64,000 bases of DNA from Eledone cirrhosa (lineage: Eukaryota), in the NCBI GenBank assembly GCA_964016885.1, contig OZ024743.1, forward strand, positions 61,566,001 through 61,630,000. Reading direction: 5' to 3'. The notes under the pieces were generated by a model that saw only the letters and a program-made list of their open reading frames with translations, did not search any database and was not told the DNA's origin. A program made the position numbers and the translations under genes. Positions within the stretch are counted from its first letter, which is position 1, and the number at the start of each line of letters is the position of its first letter. Shown here one piece after another: positions 54,775 through 64,000 of this stretch.

Positions 54775-55149
54775 CATATATATACACATATAAATCACAC
54801 ATATATATATATATAATTATAAAATAACAGGAGGCTGGACTGGTGTACTTCCTTGAAAGGTTTATTATACTATGATCATTTCAATGACTGGGTTCAGTAT
54901 GAATCCGGTGACATCATTAGGTTTCGAAATATAACAAAGGAATATAATAGACAAAGTCCATGGGGCTGAAAATCAGAGACATGAGGGCGGCCGACCATTC
55001 AGCCGCTACTAGCCCGGTCAACCTCTCTCAAGAGTAGCTGCAGTCCAGCCCCCTGTTATTTTATAATAATTAACTTCGTACTCGCACCACCCTAAGTATT
55101 GAGTACTCTGTTGCGTTATGGTCCATCTGGTTCCTTACCATAATTCCTT

Positions 55150-58100
55150 TGTTATTTAGCTCCTATCTCTGTAGTAGAGCACTTTCCGACTCTACCCCGC
55201 CATATCCCGACATTTCCACCCAGCTCAAGTTTCTTCTCCCGCACGATGCGAAAACACAACGTCGACTTCTCCACCAAGAACATCCCAGTTCCACCGAGAA
55301 AACTTTACCTTCGGTTGCTCACGCAAAAAATCGACCTTTTTGCGAAAAGACTAAGATGGAGAACTTTTTTTCTACGATAGATACCGTGACAATCAGGACG
55401 TCGACACCAAGGAAAGATTCGGATTCAATACCTACAAATCTCCCCCTCCGAACCCTATGCTCTCACCCTTCGAGAACGACCTTTCCCACCTGGTCAAGAG
55501 CATTAAATTCAAACCCAGACACAACTGATTCCTACAACAACTACGTAGCAAAATAACAGAGTATGAAAACACCAACGACATCATGGTGCACTCGGACAAA
55601 ACAGGAAACCTCTACTTCGTCAACCCTGACAGATACCACACACTGATCAGGAGCAGCCTAAACTCCACCTATAAAAAGGCTAACCATTCAATCATCGAGG
55701 ACATACATCGAGATGGACAACAAATTACCTCCAGCCTCAGGGTCGCCGGCCGCACTGAACCCCTAGATCCACGGACTCCCTACTTCACACTGAAAGACCA
55801 CAAATCCGAATTCGACCGCAAACCATCCATTAGGCTTATAAACCCAACGAAGTCGGACATAGGGAGAATCAGTATAAAGATCCTAAACCGAGTTATACCA
55901 AAAGTTAAGCAAAAAGTGAGACTTAGCCTATGGGTCAGCACGCAGGAAGTAATCACATGGTTCAGGAATATGGAGGACAAACGAGACACAAAATTCATCC
56001 AGTTTGACATAGAGAGTTACTATTCATCTATTACCTTACCACTCCTTACGGCCGCCTTGGACTTACACCCATCACTGACCAGGAAAGAAATATCATTCTC
56101 CACGCCAGGAAGACAGTCCTACTTTTCGACAACTCCAATTTGATATAGGAGCTCCCGACTCCCCCCTCGACGTCAGTATTGGCGCGACGAATTCAGCCGA
56201 GGTCACAGATCTTATAGGATTATTCCTGTTTAAACTCACCGAAATGTTTCCTGCATTCTGCGGTGGATTGTACCGAGATGATGGGCGCCTCGCCCTCAAA
56301 GGGTACAGCCCCAGTAGTACAGACCGGGTCCGTAAACAACTAATCAATTTCTTCCGGGACTGGGGATTTAAAATCACCCTACAAACGTCCCTAACCCGAG
56401 TCAATTTCCTGGACGTTACCCCTAACCTCGAAAATGATCTGTACTACCCATACAGGAAACCAAACTATAACCTGCATTACATCCACCGCCGCTCTAACCA
56501 TCCTAGAAACATCACCAATAACCTGGTTAAAAACATCTCCCTCCGCATATCTCGTTTGTCCGCTAATGAGCAGATATTCGACGAACACGCGCCTCATTAC
56601 AACCAGGCCCCCAAGCGGAGTGGCTTTCGGGAGGAAATATCTTTTTATCCAGCATCCCTTAGCGGAACCAGCAAGCGACACCGCCGCTCACGCAACGTAA
56701 CGTGGTTCAATCCTCCCCATAATGCCGAGGTGGCAACACCTATCGGGAAAATCTTCTTTAGACTCCTCGAAAAACACTTCCACAACACCGCTACCACAAC
56801 ATAATCAACAAAAACACCATCAAACTCTCCTACAGCACCACACCTAACTTCGCACAAAACATCGGCTCCTCAAACAACAAAAAACTCAACTCCTATGGAA
56901 GAAATAACCTAGACATCAGTGGAGAGCCGACCAGGTGGTGTAACTGCCCTGATAGATCTACGTGCCCGCTCAACAACAAATGCCGAGAACGTAACGTGAT
57001 CTATCAGTGCAACGTGAGGAGGGACACCTCCAACAAAGCTTATATAGGATTAACCGCGTGTGACTTCAAGACCCGGCTTTACCAGCACAGACATACTTTC
57101 CGAAACCCGGTCCGGTGACATGCCACTACACTTTCGGACCTCAAAGATAATAATATAACCTACAATCTCACTTGGAGCTTACTGTCCAGAGCTACCTCTT
57201 ACGGGAGGACGCCGTCCGTGTAACTTATGTTCGGAGGAAACATTACAAATGCTGTTTTCGAAGGACCAACTCCTAAACAAGAAAGACGAACTGGTAACCG
57301 CATGAAAACACAGATTGCGTAGGACTTACCTCGCCCTCAAACCCCATAACGACCCGGATGGGTAGACAAGGGCTGTGTAACTTGCCGAATAAGTTAGGGG
57401 AAACCCCAGCTTACATAGGTAGATGTATCTCTTTTCTTTTCCTCTTTGTCTTCTTCTTCCTCCTGTCTCATCCTATCACTACCTTCCACCCTCTCTTTTC
57501 TTCCCCGTCTGCTTTTCACCTTTCGCCTACCCCGATGCAGCCCATCGGGCCTCTGTAGCATCAGTGACCCCACCCCTGTAATTTTAAGATAGAATTGGCC
57601 GAATAGGTTTTAACTACTTATAGCAGGTGTGTCAAACCCCTTTTATTTTTGTATCAGTTCTGGTACTACTCAATTTCTACAAGTTTTTTCTATTCTCAAC
57701 TTATTAACCTGTAATTGTAAGATAGCATTGTGATTTTTTTTATTCATTTCTCACTATCTAATTTTATATATATATATTTTATTTTTCTATTATCTTTTAT
57801 TGTCTCCTACTCTCATTCGATTTACCTATTCTATAACCTCCCTCCTCCACTTCATACACTATCCTTAGATTCTGCTGTATACATATCACTTTCAACGCTT
57901 GACCGCTCCACTCACTCCCCTATTGTTCTACAGGCAAGTTCAGCCACCCCTACCTCCCACCAAATGCCATGATAGACTTATTTGTGTTTACAACAAATTT
58001 CAACCAATCCTCTTGACAACTACAATCTTCCCATATAAGGAAGTACACCCTTGACAAGTTCGGCTATTTATTCACCAGGCTAAAAATTCTAATTTAGTCC

Positions 58101-58151
58101 AGAAATAGCCGTCGAAACGGCTAGAGCTCTGCCGTCGGGATCATACTTTTT

Positions 58152-58156
<5 letters not shown>
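55150..58156 (+). mobile_element. Nearly full-length, frameshifted Naiad-type Penelope-like element (ORF ~55246-57349)
   Basis: MRKHNVDFSTKNIP..KRLRWR, SDKTGNLY, TLKDHK..RLINPTKSDIGRIS, FIQFDIESYY, GLYRDDG, VNFLDVT, SNHP, TWFNPP, CNCPDRSTCPLNNKC, VIYQC..YIGLT, CNLC..E. Confidence 0.93.
58048..58139 (+). ncRNA. Hammerhead with UUGACAA (U3:A8) core, extended stem II and GUC site
   Basis: ccc-TTGACAA-gttcggctattt...aaatagccgtc-GAAA-cggc(tagagctct)gccg-TC-ggg. Confidence 0.7.
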
Positions 58157-58194
<38 letters not shown>

Positions 58195-58200
<6 letters not shown>

Positions 58201-58690
58201 CAAGAAAGAAGATTGACATGGTATGCTATACACTAAGGGCTTTATTCACATTGCTGACAATTGTTTCTCTGAACTGGTAGGTGTAGACATCGCTACCCGC
58301 CTGTTTTTGCGTCAATCGATCACCAATACTATATATAGAAGCCATGCCTGTGTATATCCTTCATTCTCGCATGCTCTGATGAATAGACTGGTTATAACAA
58401 AGTATTAGTGATCGATTGGCGCAAAAACAGGCGGGTAGCGATCTCTAGACCTACCAGTTCAGAGAAAAAGTTGTCAGTAATGTGAATAAAGCCCTTATTG
58501 TATAGCAAACCATGTCACTTTTCTTTCTTGATTTATTATTACTCCAAGTGTAAACTACATAGAAATCAGCGCGTACTCGCAGCATCACTATGGAAACGTC
58601 TTGTTGAGTCAAACTTAGTACTATCCACTACTCGGAGTACCCTAACTGGACTACATCTAAATGGACTGCCTATAACAATAATTTGTTATC
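58195..58690. mobile_element. Fold-back PLE terminus (arms ~58195-58330 / ~58401-58536) with HHR at 58372-58479 and tail
   Basis: tgct-CTGATGA-..actggt...accagt..-GAAA-(c)aagttg-TC-agta. The left arm preserves GAAA-caattg-TC-agca on the minus strand. Confidence 0.8.
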
Positions 58691-58786
58691 CCGTATATAT
58701 ATATATACAGATAAATCCACCAATTAATTGTAGGGTCTAAACCGCATGAAGAACTCAATGTAATCCGTCTTCAGAAATAATTTCAG

Positions 58787-58921
58787 ATTATTTCTGAAGA
58801 CGGCGGGTAGTGAAGACGTATGTATATTTTCTTACTATGATATTTTGTAATATATTTTACATAGATCAATAATAGAATGGACATACGTGGAACTACCCCC
58901 CATAAACGATCGTAAAATAAT
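58787..58921 (+). ncRNA. Decayed long-stem-II hammerhead (family of 32269-32423)
   Basis: attattt-CTGAAGA-cggcgggtag...ctacccccca-TAAA-cgatcg-TA-aaataat. Short inverted copy at 58765-58780. Confidence 0.6.
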
Positions 58922-59094
58922 GAGTTTTACTATGAATTAACCGTTTTTTGTTTAATTTCATTGTTTTAATATTTATATATATATATATTTATTAAAATAT
59001 TTATTAAATATTTGCTCTACGGTTCTTAGATATTTGATATATATTTATCCTTATCGAGCCCTCTTTGGATTTTAGTCTTCAAATTTATTATTAT

Positions 59095-59162
<68 letters not shown>

Positions 59163-59165
<3 letters not shown>

Positions 59166-59497
59166 AAAGTGAGTTTTTTTTTTACAAAATGAAAAATAAC
59201 CGAGGTGTACTCCACGAGTGAAAGTATAAGGAAACAAGATGAAATCGAAAATGCAACTGGAGTCTTATTTAAAAATATATATATATTTATTTGGTTCCTT
59301 TACCGGTTTCGCAGTTCTTTTGCTTTTCAAAAGTAGAGTTGAGATGGAGAGTCTGTGGTTTTTCTCACATCTGGTTGGTCTTTGAATGTTACTTATTTTA
59401 TATGGAAAAAAGTGGCTCGAAATACCAGGTTTTTAGAGAAGTAATTTGATCCCCCATTTCTTCTAATAGAATCATCTTCCCACGCACACACACACAC

Positions 59498-59535
<38 letters not shown>

Positions 59536-60410
59536 GCACACAAATAAACATACATATCTCTACTTTCTTTATTTCAATAGAAAGTCTGATTTCTGACACC
59601 CCAGCACACCACCCATATTCACTGAACCAGAAAATTTCTCCCCATCCCATTTCTCTTGACCATTATCTTTTGTTTGGCACAAAATTCTCAAAAAGACTAC
59701 AAAATAAATTCCCAAATACGGGCGCGAAATTTAATGAACTTGTTCACGTGACAGTCATAATCTCATTTATAACCAATCAAATTACATTTCAGCACATCCG
59801 TCATACTCAGAACAACTCTCTCCATCCCTTTTTTCTTGAACATTATCTTTTGTTAGGCACAAAATTCTCTAAATGGCTATAAAAAAATTCCAAAATACGG
59901 GCGCAAAATTTAATGTACTTGTTCATGTGACAGTCATAATTTCATTTATAACCAATCAAATTACATTTATAAAAAAAAAAAGCCTTCGTGAGCCACCTTT
60001 TTTTAAGTAAAAAAAAATTCAAACACAAACTGGCGCGAAAGCTGATGTGCTTATTCACCTGACTGCATCAATCAACCAAACTTCACTCATATCTGAAAAA
60101 AAACCTGCCCCCCCCCTCCCTTTGTTTGAAGAACTTTGTAACGCGAACCAGGGCGAAATTTATTATACTTATTCACCAAACAATCAAATTACTTCTCTAA
60201 AAACCTGGCATTTCGAGCCACATTTTTCCATATAAAACAGAAGTAACATTCAAAGACCAACCAGATGTGAGAAAATCCACATACCCTCCATCTCAACTCT
60301 ACTTTTGAAAAGCAGAAGAACTACGAAACAGGTAAAGGAACCAAATAAATATATATATATATATTTAAAAAAATCTCCAGTTGCATTTTCGATTTCATTT
60401 TTTCCCCTAT
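59163..60410. mobile_element. PLE termini in inverted orientation (~59225-59450 / ~60183-60408) around a ~730-bp spacer; HHRs at 59297-59334(-) and 60301-60338(+)
   Basis: Same family as 53186-53553. The spacer holds a two-copy ~180-bp tandem repeat (~59642-59968). Confidence 0.8.
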
Positions 60411-60630
60411 ATATATATAAATACAGCTTTAAAGAATTAGCTTTTAAAGAATTCCTCTTTCTTTAAACCCATCAACCAATGACCTCCACCCATCTTGTAG
60501 ACACCTGAATTATAGGCATTGTTAGCTTAAGAGAAACTTAAAAAAAGGAGTGGCACTCCAATCTGAACTTGTTTATAGTATTCTTTCTGCCTTTGTCACT
60601 CTAAATATAAATTATTGCTTTAAAGAATTA

Positions 60631-60807
<177 letters not shown>

Positions 60808-60829
60808 AGAGGGAGAAAAAGATGATTAT

Positions 60830-61700
60830 TAGGAAGAAAAAAGTTTTTTTTTCCCTTTTTATTTATTTCTCTCATTTTTCTGGGTTAGAAAATGATTAAA
60901 ACGAAATATTTTACTTTGTGTGAAGTGTTAAGGTATTAGTTGATTTATTTATTAATTAACAATGCCATTTATTTATTTATATATTTAATAATTGTCTATT
61001 ACCGGTTTCAGCATTTTTATGCATTATCAAATGATAATAATATGTATTGATGTAGAATGGTGGCGTTGGACATGTTAAAGAAATGGTGCAGAAAGAATAA
61101 TGTTATTTAAAAACAAGGTTTATGAAGTGAAAATAAAAAATAAAAAAGAAAAAAGAAAAAAGAAAAAAAGGGGGCGTAATGTGGAGCATAATAAGTCAAT
61201 GTGAAAGAAAAAATAATGTTATTTACAGGCATAGTTCTTGAAGATAAGCAGATCAAAATGTGTTAATATAGCAAGAGTGCTTAGTTGATCCATGATGGAG
61301 GTAAATGGAGGACAGGGGTTTGATATGATTTCCCTTTTTAGAGAGTTAATATACAGGGGGGGGGTGTAATTTGTGCTGGATGATATTTAATTTATTTAAG
61401 AAAAAGGATTAGGTAGGTCTCTTTAGAGAGACATAGGTATTTGTAAATGTTTGATTGTTCGTTCCAGTTTTAGTTTAGTCCGAAGTTTAGTGCATTAAGT
61501 AGAAGTTGGAATTTGTTAATGAAATACGTTTCCTTATTGGTATGTTGGATGAAAGTAGCGTTGTCTATGATTTGTAAATCTTTCTGTATTCCTGTATTTT
61601 GATTTGTGATTTATGGTCGGTCACACGTTGTCGGAGGCTGTTTTCTTTGTCTGTCCTATGTGCTCTTGACAACATGAGCAGGTCAAAACATAGATTCAGC
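60830..61700 (-). mobile_element. 5'-truncated PLE: GIY-YIG remnant and 3' UTR with UUGAUAA-core HHR (60992-61038)
   Basis: YVLTCSCCQEHIGQT..LRQRVTDHKSQI..KETYFINKFQ..LN. Minus strand at-TTGATAA-tgcat(aaaa)atgct-GAAA-ccgg-TA-at. Confidence 0.72.
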
Positions 61701-61712
61701 TTTCAGATTCAC

Positions 61713-61780
<68 letters not shown>

Positions 61781-61909
61781 TAAGATGGTAGTATCGACGA
61801 AACAAGAGAAGAAAAGAAAAGACGAAAAGAAATCCTTCATCAGCTGTAAAACCGAGATCAAGATATTTCGGCGCTTAATACAGGACATCTATAAGCGTAT
61901 ATATATATA

Positions 61910-61954
<45 letters not shown>

Positions 61955-62009
61955 GTGTGTGTATGTATATTTATGTATATATATGTATATATATATATAT
62001 ATGTATATT

Positions 62010-62611
<602 letters not shown>

Positions 62612-62699
62612 GCGTGTGTGTGTGTGTGTAATGGTAGCTATGCTTCCATAGGCGGTATGCTGATTGAGCACTCTATGTTCTTACAGAGCAGAGTGTGAT

Positions 62700-62896
62700 A
62701 TAATATAAAACGAAAAATCAGTGATACATCTGAACTCAATTTATTGTGTGTTACAATTGTTTCACCGGCAGACATCTCGAGACACGATCATTGTGTGTAT
62801 CTGTCTGATTCTGGCTATGCAGGTTCGCCGGCGAAACAATTGTAACACACAATAAATTGAGTTCAGATGCATCATTGAATTTTCGTTTTATATTAT
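62700..62896. mobile_element. Fold-back terminus (70-bp arms) with HHR 3' half; second copy at ~63621-63817
   Basis: gccggc-GAAA-caattg-TA-acacac-aataaa in both arms. No canonical CUGANGA is visible. Confidence 0.7.
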
Positions 62897-63021
62897 ATAT
62901 ATATATATATATATATAAGTATAGAAGTTTCCGTTGAAAATTGAAAAAGTCATAGGAGCGAAGAGTGCTCTATGTAAGTACCAGAGGTAAATTTAATGTA
63001 TAATATACAATACAATATAAT

Positions 63022-63091
63022 TACCTCATTACCAGAGGTTTCTCGAATAAGACGACTACAAGAAACGTCCTCATTCGTTCGTCGGATAAGG

Positions 63092-63093
<2 letters not shown>
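63022..63093 (-). ncRNA. Hammerhead motif, CCGACGA core (second copy 63935-64000, cut by the window edge)
   Basis: Minus: tgccttat-CCGACGA-acgaatgaggacg...cgtcttattcga-GAAA-cc(tct)gg-TA-atgaggta. Confidence 0.72.
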
Positions 63094-63131
<38 letters not shown>

Positions 63132-63135
<4 letters not shown>

Positions 63136-63453
63136 AAGAAATTAAAAGATGGTTAAAAAAGTTCCATATATTTTATTATGCGCATTTCGAAAACAACATC
63201 ATCCTGGGAGAAAAATTCTGTTCTCATCAGATAAAATAAGGTAACATGTTATGAGGCCTAAAAACACTTCAAACAGGAAAGTGGAAAGTCTACATAAAGT
63301 TCACTTTCCTGTTGGCAAGTGTTTTTAGGCCCCGTATCGTGTTACCTTATTTTATCTGATGAGCACACAATTTTTCTCCCAGGATGATGTTGTTTTCGAA
63401 ATGCGCATAATAAAATATATGGAACTTTTTTAACCATCTTTTAATTTCTTCTT

Positions 63454-63552
<99 letters not shown>

Positions 63553-64000
63553 TGGTGGCTATGCTTCCATAGGCGGTATGCCGGTTGAGCACTCTATGTT
63601 CTTACAGAGCAGAGTATGCTATAATATAAAACGAAAAATCAGTGATGCATCTGAACTCAATTTATTGTGTGTTACAATTGTTTCACCGGCAGACAGCTCG
63701 AGACACGATCATTGTGTGTATCTGTCTGATTCTGGCTATGCAGGTTCGCCGGCGAAACAATTGTAACACACAATAAATTGAGTTCAGATGCATCACTGAA
63801 TTTTCCTTTTATATTATATATATATATATAAGTATAGAAGTTTCCGTTGAAAATTGAAAAAGTCATAGGAGTGAAGAGTGCTCTATGTAAGTACCAGAGG
63901 TAAATTTAATGTATAATATACAATACAATATAATTACCTCATTACCAGAGGTTTCTCGAATAAGACGACTACAAGAAACGTCCTCATTCGTTCGTCGGAT
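63132..64000 (+). repeat. Tandem duplicate of ~62180-63093 (~0.93-kb unit)
   Basis: Same order of modules (hairpin A, TA/TG microsatellite, tail, hairpin B, HHR terminus C). HHRs at 63171-63236(-) and 63350-63415(+). Confidence 0.92.

Noticed and set aside
57560-57605. GTGA...AA...CGAA as a possible SECIS in the Naiad 3' UTR
   Set aside because: Helix II cannot be formed on the 3' side.

Overview
AT-rich animal DNA packed with microsatellites, with no host protein-coding gene that I can recognise. The repeat content suggests an octopus-like cephalopod, but this is an inference. Most ORFs in the supplied track are translations of (TA)n, (CA)n, (GA)n or (TATG)n. The real coding remnants all belong to transposons. 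There are about 9 Penelope-like retroelement (PLE) remnants: Naiad-type with YRDDG RT and a C-terminal GIY-YIG domain, plus other GIY-YIG PLEs. There are also a CRE-type and an R4/Dong-type restriction-like-endonuclease non-LTR element, RTE-derived pieces, Helitron PIF1 fragments and many tRNA-derived SINEs. The main hidden structure is RNA. By eye I find about 30 type-I hammerhead ribozyme (HHR) motifs from at least 10 sequence families. Most sit in fold-back units (inverted terminus + terminus + unpaired tail) embedded in (TA)n. Arm length ranges from about 10 bp to about 2 kb. Several have non-canonical cores (UUGANAA with U3:A8, CAGAAGA, CCGAYGA), very long stem II inserts, and a short tail motif shared across families. 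All calls were made by eye; no searches or folding were run.
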